Below, piece by piece: positions 18,952 to 29,249 of a DNA stretch of 64,000 nucleotides. The notes below the pieces were generated by a model. That model made no database searches. It was not told the DNA's origin and was given only the letters and a program-made list of their open reading frames with translations. The translations under genes were made by a program, and so were the position numbers. How positions within the stretch are numbered: the stretch's first letter is position 1; each line of letters opens with the position of its first letter. Origin of the DNA: an uncultured delta proteobacterium (lineage in GTDB: Bacteria > Desulfobacterota > Desulfobacteria > Desulfobacterales > QNYZ01); assembly GCA_963845145.1 (NCBI GenBank), contig CAWJQU010000005.1, positions 384,001 through 448,000 on the forward strand, written 5' to 3'.

Positions 18952-20334
18952 TTACTTTTTGGTTCGCAACTCCCCACGCGTGAAAGAGAAAAAGATGCCG
19001 ATCACACACAGAATCGTAAAAAGTACGAATGAAACTTTTACGCTTTTCAAAAATAAATCATAGTTTAAAGCAGTGATCTGCTCCCGCCCGATAAAGACTG
19101 CAAAAATGACCATGGCGATGGCCATGCTGATCATCTGACCCAACAACCGCATGGTTGCAACCGTTCCTGAGGCGATGCCGAAAAATTTCTTATCCACCGA
19201 CCCCATGATGGCATTCATGTTGGGTGAAGAAAACAGAGCAAAACCCAAGCCGAGCATCACCAGTGTAAAAAGAATATAAATGGTTCCGGTGTCGGTTCCA
19301 AGCAGTGAAAATAGAAGTAACCCCATAGCCGTCAGTGTCATGCCGGCCGAAGAAATCAAACGTGGTTCTATCCGATCCGACAAGCGTCCCGCCAGCGGCG
19401 ATAAAAGGGCCATGACAATCGGTTGGGCAACCAGGACAGCGCCGGCGGTTCGCGGTTCGAGCCCTTTGATGTACTGCAAATAAAGGCTGAGCAGAAAAGT
19501 GACCGCGAAGGTGGCGGCATAGTTAATCATTGCAGCCAAGCTTGAAAATGCAAACAACCTATTCTCGCTAAACAGGCGCACGTCGAATACCGGTTGTTGC
19601 GTGTTTAACTCGAACCGAATAAACACCGTCATTGTTGCAGCGCCGGCCAGAATAAAATAGACAGCCTGCAATTGCGGGAGCAAAGAAGCACCATACACTA
19701 ATAAAAGAATTGATGCGGCATACAGCAGACTTCCGGTGATATCGAGCTTTTCACCCCTAGCGTCAGCCCATTCGTCTTTTAAATATTTTAAAGTGACCCA
19801 AATCGAGGCCACACCGAAAGGAACAACAACGCCGAAAATACTCCGCCAACCGATGTACTGGGTCAAAAAACCGCCGGCAAACGGTCCAACGGATAAGCCG
19901 ATATATACAGCGGCCACATAGATCCCAATGGCACGCCCCCGCCTTTTAGGTGGAAACACAGAGGTCAAAATAGCCATGCCGGTAGTAATAAACATGGCTG
20001 CACCTAATCCCTGAAAAACCCGCACCGCAATAAGCATCGCCAGGGATGTGGTAAATGCCCCTGTCAATGAAGCCAGTGTGTATACCGCCAAACCCCATGT
20101 GAAGATTTTTTTCCGGCCGTATATGTCGCCAATTTTACCCATGGGGATCAAAAAGACGGCGATCGCCAGCAGTAAGGCGGTGGCAACCCAGCTCAACGCC
20201 ACGGCATCGGCTGAAAACTCCTTTTGAATCGCTGGAAGCGCCACATTCACCGATGAAATGATAAACGGTCCCATAAAAGAAGAGAGCGTCGCGACGAAAA
20301 GCGCCGATTTTTCTTGTGTTTCATATTCGGTCAC
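18952..20334 (-). CDS. MFS transporter, DHA2 (14-TM) type
   Basis: VNVALP, GKIGDIYGRK, RVFQGLG, GWRSIF. Confidence 0.92.
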   Translation of the reverse strand: MTEYETQEKSALFVATLSSFMGPFIISSVNVALPAIQKEFSADAVALSWVATALLLAIAVFLIPMGKIGDIYGRKKIFTWGLAVYTLASLTGAFTTSLAMLIAVRVFQGLGAAMFITTGMAILTSVFPPKRRGRAIGIYVAAVYIGLSVGPFAGGFLTQYIGWRSIFGVVVPFGVASIWVTLKYLKDEWADARGEKLDITGSLLYAASILLLVYGASLLPQLQAVYFILAGAATMTVFIRFELNTQQPVFDVRLFSENRLFAFSSLAAMINYAATFAVTFLLSLYLQYIKGLEPRTAGAVLVAQPIVMALLSPLAGRLSDRIEPRLISSAGMTLTAMGLLLFSLLGTDTGTIYILFTLVMLGLGFALFSSPNMNAIMGSVDKKFFGIASGTVATMRLLGQMISMAIAMVIFAVFIGREQITALNYDLFLKSVKVSFVLFTILCVIGIFFSFTRGELRTKK

Positions 20335-20524
20335 TGTTTTTACCCCTGGTCTTTTTTTCCCAGAGAGGCAGAAATTAAAGCCCCCCTTTCAACCTTCAAC
20401 CGGAGAAAAATTAATTGTATCTTGATTAAAAAATAAAATCATGAAAACACAATATATAATCACTCGGTTCATTTTTTAACAGACTTCTCAGGAAGCTGAT
20501 GTACAAAACAGGTGATCCTCGTTT

Positions 20525-20869
20525 ATGAAAAACGGAATTGAAAGGCGTCGACATCTTCGGGCTCCTATTGCTTTAGATGTTGTTATCGTGACGCCCCGGG
20601 GCTCCTTTAAGGGCAAAACGGCGAATATCAGCATCGGCGGTCTTGCCCTTCTCCTGTTTTTAGAACCACCTGAAGTTGGCGATACATTTCAAGCCACGCT
20701 CAGCCCGACAAAAGGCCATGAAATGTCAGTGACCTGTGAGAAAATATGGTCAGGTAAGGTCGTTGCGGATGATTCCGTATACATAGGAATAGGCATCCGT
20801 TTTGTCAAAATATCCTCAGAAGACCGCAAAATCATCGCTTCATTGGTGAAACAATACTATCTAGTTTAA
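20525..20869 (+). CDS. Stand-alone PilZ protein, paralogue 3
   Basis: RRHLR and NISIGG motifs. Confidence 0.85.
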   Translation: MKNGIERRRHLRAPIALDVVIVTPRGSFKGKTANISIGGLALLLFLEPPEVGDTFQATLSPTKGHEMSVTCEKIWSGKVVADDSVYIGIGIRFVKISSEDRKIIASLVKQYYLV

Positions 20870-20958
20870 TATGACCAACCACTTGGGTGACAGCATCATT
20901 GGATGGTAGCTAAAAACCCCATTATTTACAAAATCCCACAGTTTTAAAAAGTGATGAT

Positions 20959-22059
20959 TCAGTGCTCAATCGTCGAATTCACCACAATGGGGTCACCCCG
21001 GCCTAGATAGAAAATGCCGGGATAGCCTTGTGTTTCAAAGCCATCGCTTGGGTTTTGGGACAGGCGGGAATCCGTGATACGTAGCGTACCGCTACGATCA
21101 TTGCTGACAAAGAAGATGGCACCGCCGCCTTCGTTGGCCGTGTTGTTTTTAATTGTGGTCCCACAGATATCTAATGTGAAAGTATTTCCGTCATTATAAA
21201 TCGCACCGCCACTGCCCCCACCAGGCGTGCCTGATCTTGCGGGGTTAGCACCATAACCAATCGCTTTATTGTGGCTAAATAGGGAATTGATAACCGTAAA
21301 CGATACACCAATACTGCTCAGACCGCCGCCATTTGAACAGATGTTCCCTTTACCCGGGCTGCCACCAAAGGTACTGTTCACAACAAATACAGGCCGTCCT
21401 TGATATTGGCTAAAAACCCGCACGGCAGCACCGCCAACATCCGGGCCGGTATCATCGCAAATATTATTTTCGAAGTGTGAGTTGACGATTTTAAATCGCC
21501 CGCCTCTTACCCAAATCGCACCGCCGCCGTCGTAAGTGGGTTCCCCCTTGCTGTTCCCATTTTTAAAGGTCAGATTTTGTACGGTGAGTTGCGGGTGATC
21601 TTGGTTTTGACAATGCGAGGTCGTCCAGTTCTGGTTTGGGTCGCAAGTGTTCATATATAAAATTCTTCTCGCACCGGCGCCACTGAGCGTCACCTTGTTG
21701 CCGCCGTCAATGACGATCTTTGGTCCGGTATCGTTAAATATTTTAGCGGTCTGTTGCATGATGATCTCAACCGGTGCCGGGCCGCAATTGAAGGTGATAA
21801 TGCCGCCCTGAGCGACGGCTGCAACGACCGCTGTGCTGGTACAGCTTAGAGGGGTGCCATCGCCAATGACATGATCAGGGTTGCTGGTGTTCTCTGCGCG
21901 CCCTTGTGTCGGCACAGGGCATTTCGGTGTGGCGTTTTTGGCACCGGCAAGAATACCGGGTAGCGTCATTAGCAGGAAATCGTCGTCGCTTTGAGCCCAA
22001 ACAAATTCGATTGGAATCAAAAAGCACGCTATCAGGAAAAACGATATAAGATTAATCAT
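20959..22059 (-). CDS. Secreted parallel beta-helix (pectin-lyase-like / GGAI-repeat) protein
   Basis: Signal peptide, G.GTP.SC, GGIITFNCG, and repeated GGGAI / F..N motifs. Confidence 0.75.
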   Translation of the reverse strand: MINLISFFLIACFLIPIEFVWAQSDDDFLLMTLPGILAGAKNATPKCPVPTQGRAENTSNPDHVIGDGTPLSCTSTAVVAAVAQGGIITFNCGPAPVEIIMQQTAKIFNDTGPKIVIDGGNKVTLSGAGARRILYMNTCDPNQNWTTSHCQNQDHPQLTVQNLTFKNGNSKGEPTYDGGGAIWVRGGRFKIVNSHFENNICDDTGPDVGGAAVRVFSQYQGRPVFVVNSTFGGSPGKGNICSNGGGLSSIGVSFTVINSLFSHNKAIGYGANPARSGTPGGGSGGAIYNDGNTFTLDICGTTIKNNTANEGGGAIFFVSNDRSGTLRITDSRLSQNPSDGFETQGYPGIFYLGRGDPIVVNSTIEH

Positions 22060-22552
22060 TGGTGCTGTTCAAATGAGATTTATTACGGCCTCTCCAACAG
22101 GCCGGCGGCGAGAATAGCGCCCAGACAGCCAATCGCAATTTTGCTTTTTTTCTTGGCATAATAATAATTCGTTAAAGTAATACCTAAGTTGAGCGATTTT
22201 TTGCGAAGCTATGTGCCAAGATATTGAGATGATAAGGATTTCAAAAAACGGGGACATACCCGTTGGATATGTCGAGTATTTTTGAAAGCCTTAGCGCTCA
22301 ATAGATTTGGTGCAGAGCGAGTAAAAAATCGCTCAATTTGGGTAAATGGAGCGTTACAGGTCTTAATTATCTTTTCCGTGTTATTTAATCAACCTTTAGA
22401 GCGCGATGATATCTTCCGCCTTGAAGCGCATTTTATTCGATGTTTTCGCACCTTCCCGACCGTTTCGGGTAGCGCCTGCAAATATCAGGAATAAAATTGA
22501 CAGGTCCGTCAAAAACGCCTAAACAATAGGGAAAATGTAAAAGGGGGAGAAT

Positions 22553-22921
22553 ATGGAATCAGAATCAGCAAACGATAAAAATACCCACACAACGACCAGT
22601 GAGCCTCGGCAACACACCGAAAAAAAACAAATACCCGATGTTTCCAGGAAACAAATCGGTATTCGATTGCTTTATACCATTCTGTTTCTTTTCATTCTCG
22701 GTATCGTTATCGTCATGATTAAATTGGTGGTATTTTTTCAATTTATTTATTGTTTTGGCACCCGGAAGCCCAATGAATCGGTTCGGCAGTTTTCCAATAA
22801 ATTATCCAGCTATGGATATCGGATATTCAGATATATCACTTTAAACGAAAACAAGCGGCCCTTTCCATTCAACGATTTTCCTTCAGAATTGGACCCCTCA
22901 GAAGAACAAATGATATTTTGA
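22553..22921 (+). CDS. DUF4389-like membrane protein
   Basis: RLLY.ILF...FQF...PN..VR.F...Y.T.N...PFPF.DFP. Confidence 0.75.
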   Translation: MESESANDKNTHTTTSEPRQHTEKKQIPDVSRKQIGIRLLYTILFLFILGIVIVMIKLVVFFQFIYCFGTRKPNESVRQFSNKLSSYGYRIFRYITLNENKRPFPFNDFPSELDPSEEQMIF

Positions 22922-23043
22922 TATCAGTATTTCAGGTACGCCAGAGGAATATGGTATCAGCCGGCACAAGATGCGGACAAAAGCGCAGAATATTTTCAGG
23001 TTAATTGCTTAAAAAAAATTTATAAAAAGAGCGCCATACATAT

Positions 23044-23388
23044 ATGAAAAACGGAATTGACCGACGCCGCGATCCACGTGCTCCTTTAACCTTGCCTGTA
23101 TATTTGAAGACCACTCAAGGCACTATTGAAGGAAAGACGGCTAATATCAGCGTCAGCGGCCTTGCCCTTATCCTTTTTTTTGAAAAGTCCTCAGTTGGTG
23201 ATGAATTTCAAATATCCGTTACATTATCTGATTACCATGAGGCAAAATTGACCTGTGCCAAGAGATGGTCGGGCGACATGGTTGTGGATGGGACGGTCTA
23301 CAATGCCGTTGGCGTCCGTATTACCAAAATATCCCCAGAGGACCGCGAAATCATCGCTTCACTGGTTCAAAAATACTATCTGGGGTAA
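23044..23388 (+). CDS. Stand-alone PilZ protein, paralogue 4
   Basis: RRDPR and NISVSG motifs. Confidence 0.85.
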   Translation: MKNGIDRRRDPRAPLTLPVYLKTTQGTIEGKTANISVSGLALILFFEKSSVGDEFQISVTLSDYHEAKLTCAKRWSGDMVVDGTVYNAVGVRITKISPEDREIIASLVQKYYLG

Positions 23389-23463
23389 TACTTCCCTTTT
23401 TCTTTTTTTGCTCACCGTAACCAGTTTCGTTTAGGTTCCCTTCCCGGCAACAACAACAGCCGC

Positions 23464-23490
23464 TAAAGTTTCCAAATAAAAAACCGATAA
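23464..23490 (+). promoter_or_regulatory. Sigma-28 (FliA)-type promoter
   Basis: TAAAGTTT-N11-ACCGATAA, one mismatch from the consensus TAAAGTTT-N11-GCCGATAA, 71 nt upstream of the HDOD gene. Confidence 0.7.
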
Positions 23491-23561
23491 CGACTTTAAA
23501 GCCTTTGGGTTTTTAGGGCAGCTGATTTCAGCCGTCCTTCGTCAATGGAGGGCACATCGAC

Positions 23562-24587
23562 ATGTTGAATATTGAATGTAAAGTATGCAACACCCATTAT
23601 CGTCTGCCGGAAAAAAGGGCGAATGACAAAGGAAGATTTCAGGCCAAATGCAATAAATGCAACAACCTGATCGTCATCGATTTTGCAAACCGCAAGTCAT
23701 TGCCAAAATCTTCGTTGGAAGACCTGTTGCCTAAAAATGTACTTTATGGAAAACCCCTTCATAAAGAGGTCCTCGGAAATTTTAAAAAATTATATCCAAT
23801 GCCCCATGTCGCATTGAAGGCACGCCAATTAATTTTAAATGACGACTTCGATTTCAATAAGATTGGTCAATTATTGAAAACCGACCCGGCGCTGGCCGGC
23901 CGGATTCTTAAAGCGGCCAATTCGGCCTATTTTGGTTTGAGCGGCAAAGTTGCCTCTATTCAGCATGCCTCGGCCTTACTTGGGACAAGGCTTCTGGTGC
24001 AAATCATCAATATGGTGAGTCACTCGAAAATGCTGGGTGGAACCATGCCCGGATATGAGGCCGATTCGGGATTGATGTGGCGACATTCATTGGCCGTAGC
24101 TGTAGGGTCTGATTTTATTGCAAAAAAAATGGCCCCGGAGTACAGTGGCGAAGCCTTTTTGGCAGGCCTGCTGCATGATGCCGGAAAGATCATTTTAGAC
24201 CATTACATTCTTGAGAGACAGGCTTCTTTTAAGATCCTGCAAAAAGAGTCCGAACGGTCGGCTCTCGAAGCGGAGAAATTAGTGCTTGGTTTCGACCATG
24301 CCGAAATCAGTGGCGATCTTTGTGGTCATTGGGGCCTGCCGGATTTTGTGGCGGAAGCTGTTTGTTTCCACCATTTTCCATCGAAATCTCGCGCCAACAT
24401 GCTAGCCTATATTGTGCACGCCGCCAATACCATCGCTAATCATACGAAATCGACAATTACTGATATCGATCTGGAAGACCTCGATAGTAATACGTTAAAT
24501 TTTTTACAGCTTGGGGGGAAGAAACTCCAAGATGTCGCCCACCAAATCCTCGAAGCCGTCGAGACCCTGGAGGATGACACCTATTGA
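23562..24587 (+). CDS. Zinc-ribbon + HDOD domain protein
   Basis: CxxC...CxxC, DPALAGRILK.ANSA, WRHS, AGLLHDAGK, G.DH. Confidence 0.9.
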   Translation: MLNIECKVCNTHYRLPEKRANDKGRFQAKCNKCNNLIVIDFANRKSLPKSSLEDLLPKNVLYGKPLHKEVLGNFKKLYPMPHVALKARQLILNDDFDFNKIGQLLKTDPALAGRILKAANSAYFGLSGKVASIQHASALLGTRLLVQIINMVSHSKMLGGTMPGYEADSGLMWRHSLAVAVGSDFIAKKMAPEYSGEAFLAGLLHDAGKIILDHYILERQASFKILQKESERSALEAEKLVLGFDHAEISGDLCGHWGLPDFVAEAVCFHHFPSKSRANMLAYIVHAANTIANHTKSTITDIDLEDLDSNTLNFLQLGGKKLQDVAHQILEAVETLEDDTY

Positions 24588-24593
24588 TACCCC

Positions 24594-25901
24594 TTACATT
24601 TTTTTATGTTCATTTTTCTGTTGATCGATCAACTTGACAATGACCTGATTTACACGGATATGGTCATCGGAACCCAACGGAAAAGAGGGGCTTTTGTTCT
24701 CGACGGTTTGGCCGTTATATTCCATTTCAACCTTAACAACCGGGTGATAACGATCAACCCATTCTTCCAACCCGATGGATACTTTGTATGCAGCTCCGGG
24801 GGGGTGCGGTGGGCTGGCTGGAACCCGTTCTGAAAATTGGGGAAAGAACGTAACGACTTCCTTTTTCAGTGGTACGCAGGAGATTCCCCTGCCATGCTGG
24901 GCTTGCTCGATACAGTTGTTGCAGGAGATACAGGCCGCTTTTTGGCCATGGCCGGCTTCCCAGCGATTGATCAAGTCAGGTTCACAAATCAGCGGCCGGC
25001 ACATGGAAACATAATCGGCAACGCCCTCTTTCACCAATTGTTGGGCGACCGTAAATGACCGTATCCCACCCACCAGAATCAGCGGTACGCGAATTTTCTT
25101 TTTAAACTTTCCGGCTGCATCCTGGAAAAACGCCTCGTCTCTTTCCGAATCGATTCTATTTTCCATCAGATTGGCAATGTTCAGCAATCCGCCACTTAAC
25201 TCGATGGCATCGATCCCCCCTTCTTCGAGCATTTGCCCAACGCGGATGGCTTCTTCAAGCGTAAGGCCGTTTTCAACAAAATCCCGGCAATTGAGCTTAA
25301 CCAAGACCGGATAATCCCGGCCCACGGCCTTACGCACCTCGTGAAGCACTTCAAGTAAAGCCCTTGCCCGATTTTCAATAGGCCCGCCATATTCATCTTC
25401 ACGATCGTTATAGCGGGGGCAGAGCAGCTGGCTGAGAAGAAAACCATGCGCAGCGAAAATTTGAACGGCGTCAAATCCGGATATTTTTGCCCTGACGGCC
25501 GCCTGGCCGAAAGATTCAACAATTTCTCCAATGTCTCGTATGGATAACCGCCTCACCCGCGCTTTAGACAAATAGGCGCCCCCGTAACCGAGCTGCAGAA
25601 CGATTTTAGAGCCTTCCTCGTGAACCGCCCGAGTCATGCGCTGTAAACCTGGAATCAGATCATCCTTATCGATACCCAGTTGCCACGGCTGATGCCACCC
25701 CTTTTGGTGAACGTAGGCGTGGCCGGTAATGATCAGGCCTACCCCCCCTTTCGCCAGATCGGTCATCAAATCGATCATCTGGGAAGTACAGGCGCCATCA
25801 TCGGTGGCCATTCCCGTCCATGTGGCCGAACGGACAAACCGGTTCGCCACTGTCATACAATTGATTTTACCGGGTTCAAATAACGGGGCCATCATTCTCA
25901 T
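24594..25901 (-). CDS. NADH:flavin oxidoreductase (Old Yellow Enzyme family)
   Basis: NRFVRSAT, GGVGLIITG, AHGFLLSQ, N.R.DEYGG..ENR, CISCNNC. Confidence 0.92.
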   Translation of the reverse strand: MRMMAPLFEPGKINCMTVANRFVRSATWTGMATDDGACTSQMIDLMTDLAKGGVGLIITGHAYVHQKGWHQPWQLGIDKDDLIPGLQRMTRAVHEEGSKIVLQLGYGGAYLSKARVRRLSIRDIGEIVESFGQAAVRAKISGFDAVQIFAAHGFLLSQLLCPRYNDREDEYGGPIENRARALLEVLHEVRKAVGRDYPVLVKLNCRDFVENGLTLEEAIRVGQMLEEGGIDAIELSGGLLNIANLMENRIDSERDEAFFQDAAGKFKKKIRVPLILVGGIRSFTVAQQLVKEGVADYVSMCRPLICEPDLINRWEAGHGQKAACISCNNCIEQAQHGRGISCVPLKKEVVTFFPQFSERVPASPPHPPGAAYKVSIGLEEWVDRYHPVVKVEMEYNGQTVENKSPSFPLGSDDHIRVNQVIVKLIDQQKNEHKKM

Positions 25902-26067
25902 TTTCTCACTTCTCCACGGGCACCCATTGACCAGGGATTGTTGGCCCGGCCGGTTCGGTTGGAATCGATCATTGCAGCCGGAGAACGATTGATTGTTTCA
26001 AAGATCAAAATGTTTGCCCCCCATATCAAGCCGGCAGGTACTTTGAAACGGTTTATCGGGATTATTA

Positions 26068-27720
26068 TCAATTTTTTGAAAGCGCTACCGGCTCGCGTCC
26101 GGGAGCGGAAATACGACGGCGCTCGAGTAGGGATCCATCCTGTCGATAGATATCAATCCGTGCCTTGAGATGGTTGGCAAGAGCCTGAACTTCGGCGATC
26201 CGGCTGGCCAGTAAGTCTCGCTGGGCCTGGGCCACCAGGATACTGGTTGATTTTCCCACTCGAAATTTTTCCGTCTCGGTTCGAAGCTTTTCCTCATTGA
26301 ACCGACGGGTCACCGATGAAGCGGCGATCTGCTTTTGCGTCCGGATAACTTCAATGTAGGCCGTGCGAACATCCACTTCGACAAGTTGCGACAAGTTTTG
26401 CAGTACTTTCCAAGTCTGTTCTTTCGTGAGCAGAGCCCGGCGGTGGCGCGCTTTTTCATCCCGATTAAAAACGGGCAGATTAAATCGAACACCGGCCCGG
26501 ACATCATATCCATCTTCGTTCGCAATAGCATCGGCGGCGCGACCGAATGAATCGGCATAACCGCTCTTGCCGAGTCCGATGAAAAGATCCATTAAGGGAA
26601 GCAAGCCGTTGCGAGTCTTTACAAGCTCCAGATCTCCCCGGACGATCTTAAGCCGGGCCTCATTTAATATTGGAGACATGCGCATAGAAACGGCCACGTG
26701 TTGCGCGACATCTTCGGTTTTAATATTCGGCAAAGTGGGCTGGTGGATCAAATCGATCTCCCGTTGCCAGATATCGGGTCCCGAAGGGTTCAACAGTCTC
26801 AACATTTTCAGGCGAATGGATTCCTCACCGGCCTGCGCTTCGATGAGGGCTTGCTCCTGGGCAGCGAGTTCGGCCTGAACGGCAGCCAGTTCGGACCGGG
26901 CCAATCTGCCGACGGCAATGAGTTCCTCGGTTTCATTGAGCTGCTGACGTGCAAGCTTCAACGACTCTTCAACAATTTCGATTCGCCGCCGAGCCAGAGC
27001 GTAATCCCAATAACTGGTTTCAACTTCCGCCACCAGTGTTTCGGTAAAACCCCGCAGCTCATATTCCGACATCCGCGTATCCAGGCGGGCCTGTCGCAAA
27101 CGAACCAGATTGGTGTTGACGCCAAACCCCTTAAGCAATGCCTGGTTCACCGTCATTCCCAAACGGGTCGTATACCATTTGTCATCGTAAAGGAAATTGT
27201 CTTCCATCAGTAGGTCGGCACCCAGGCCGACCGTCGTGCCGGTCGGAAAATATTGTTCCAAAGAAATGACGCTTTCCACGGAATCGGTCGTGCCATCCTT
27301 CGATTCAGGTCCGGATCCGGCGGACTGTTCGCCTTTTATCCTCCCGACGGTGAGAACCGCAGATGCCGTCGGATCAAATACGGCTCTTTCCTGGTTTTGA
27401 GCCGTTTCCTGAATCGAGGGGGTCAGTCTCTCAACACTCAACGCACGATTGTTTTCAAGGCAGAGCAAAATGGCCTCAGTGACCGTAATTTTCAAAGGCC
27501 CGGGGGATACAGTCAGCTTTCCAACCGCTTTTGATTGCGCATTGGAATCCGGATCTAAATACACATCCGTATCAGCGACGATCATCGGTCCACCCGCCAT
27601 TCTATCGACCCGCTTCTCGATTAATGCACAGGAAGTCGCCATAAGAAAAAACCCACACACGACGATAAAATTCGCCGGGTAGTTGACGCGTTCAATCCAC
27701 CGCATATCCAGTCCCCACAT
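26068..27720 (-). CDS. TolC-family outer-membrane efflux protein
   Basis: Lipoprotein-like signal, two OEP repeats, divergent from the MFP/RND genes. Confidence 0.88.
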   Translation of the reverse strand: MWGLDMRWIERVNYPANFIVVCGFFLMATSCALIEKRVDRMAGGPMIVADTDVYLDPDSNAQSKAVGKLTVSPGPLKITVTEAILLCLENNRALSVERLTPSIQETAQNQERAVFDPTASAVLTVGRIKGEQSAGSGPESKDGTTDSVESVISLEQYFPTGTTVGLGADLLMEDNFLYDDKWYTTRLGMTVNQALLKGFGVNTNLVRLRQARLDTRMSEYELRGFTETLVAEVETSYWDYALARRRIEIVEESLKLARQQLNETEELIAVGRLARSELAAVQAELAAQEQALIEAQAGEESIRLKMLRLLNPSGPDIWQREIDLIHQPTLPNIKTEDVAQHVAVSMRMSPILNEARLKIVRGDLELVKTRNGLLPLMDLFIGLGKSGYADSFGRAADAIANEDGYDVRAGVRFNLPVFNRDEKARHRRALLTKEQTWKVLQNLSQLVEVDVRTAYIEVIRTQKQIAASSVTRRFNEEKLRTETEKFRVGKSTSILVAQAQRDLLASRIAEVQALANHLKARIDIYRQDGSLLERRRISAPGREPVALSKN

Positions 27721-28037
27721 GTTTCGAATTCCAATCGGGGCAATTGTTCAGACCCGACAGCGTCCTTTTTTTAAAGACTTAAATTGGAACATAGCGGTTT
27801 ATGCTTCGATCTCGCAACCGAAAAAAATAGTGGCGCCAAAAAGCAACATTCACTATCTGCAGATCCTATCTGCCGGCAAGGTAATTCGATCCATGTAAAC
27901 CACCAGGCTAGGCCATAACCAACTTTTTTTAATTGCAAAATCGGGAATGAAAGGGCAAAGTCCATAAAGTTTCGCCGGCCGACACCAACTGTTTATGAAA
28001 AGTGAATCCCGAATCAAAATAAGCCGTAAATTACATT

Positions 28038-29249
28038 ATGAAATCAGCATCTTATAGATCTATTGGTTTAGTATTGATATTATTGGGAGCAACTGTTCTG
28101 GGTGGGTTTATCTATAACCGGTTCCAAAGCCGCACCGAACCGGGAAAAGCAGGCCGGGAATCACGACCCATCCCTGTCGAGGTGGCTGAAATTGAATATG
28201 GCACGATGGCATTGAAGCGGACATTCAGCGGTGAGCTGGAAGCCTTGTCGGAGTTTGTGGTTGCGCCGAAGGTAAACGGACGCGTAAAGCGGATGCGGGT
28301 TAATATCGCCGACACGGTTAAACGGGGCCAGATTGTCGCCGAACTCGACAACGACGAATATATCCAGACCGTGGCCCAGGCGCGTGCCGATGTGGCCGTA
28401 GCCGGGGCCAACCTGTCCTCCGCCGGCAGTGCTTTGGAAATCGCCAAGCGAGAATATAAACGCACAGAATCATTACTTAAACGCGGAATAGCCTCCGATT
28501 CTGAATTTGATGCCGCCCATCAGGACCAAATGGCCAAGCAGGCGCAACTCAAAGTCGCCCAGGCCTATGTGGCCAAAGCCGAATCGTCGCTGGAAATCGC
28601 CAACATACGCCTCGGATATACAAAAGTGACCGCCGGCTGGACCGATGGTAGCGAGCAGCGTGTCGTTGGTGAGCGCTATGTAGACGAAGGCCAGACAGTG
28701 TCGGCCAACACGCCGCTGCTTCTGATCGTCGAACTTAATCCCATTATCGTGGTCGTTTATGTGACCGAAAAAGACTATGCCTATCTAAAACCGGGGCAGC
28801 CCGTATCGCTGACAACGGATGCGTATCCGAATCGGGAGTATCCGGGCCGCATTGAACGCATTGCCCCTGTGTTTCAGAAATCGAGTCGCCAGGCACGTGT
28901 CGAAATGCGCATCGACAATCCCCAATTTGAACTCAAACCCGGCATGTTCGCCAGAGCCACGGTCGAATTAGCCGAGATCCAGGACGCCACAATTGTCCCC
29001 GAACAGGCCCTGACCATTCGCGACGACAAAAGTGGCGTTTTTATCGTCCGTGAAGACGGAAAATCAGTTGTCTGGCGTGAAGTAACCGTCGGGATCCGCC
29101 AAGGCGATCAAGTGCAAATAACAACCGAGGGGCTGTCCGGCCGGGTCATCGTCTTGGGACAGCAGATGATCAACGATGGTTCCCTGATTACCATTCCCGC
29201 CGGACAGGTCAAAAACGATGCCGGCAGCGATAAGGCCAACGCTCAATGA
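28038..29249 (+). CDS. RND efflux periplasmic adaptor (MFP)
   Basis: TM anchor, lipoyl half-motifs, coiled coil, LKPGMF. Confidence 0.92.
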   Translation: MKSASYRSIGLVLILLGATVLGGFIYNRFQSRTEPGKAGRESRPIPVEVAEIEYGTMALKRTFSGELEALSEFVVAPKVNGRVKRMRVNIADTVKRGQIVAELDNDEYIQTVAQARADVAVAGANLSSAGSALEIAKREYKRTESLLKRGIASDSEFDAAHQDQMAKQAQLKVAQAYVAKAESSLEIANIRLGYTKVTAGWTDGSEQRVVGERYVDEGQTVSANTPLLLIVELNPIIVVVYVTEKDYAYLKPGQPVSLTTDAYPNREYPGRIERIAPVFQKSSRQARVEMRIDNPQFELKPGMFARATVELAEIQDATIVPEQALTIRDDKSGVFIVREDGKSVVWREVTVGIRQGDQVQITTEGLSGRVIVLGQQMINDGSLITIPAGQVKNDAGSDKANAQ

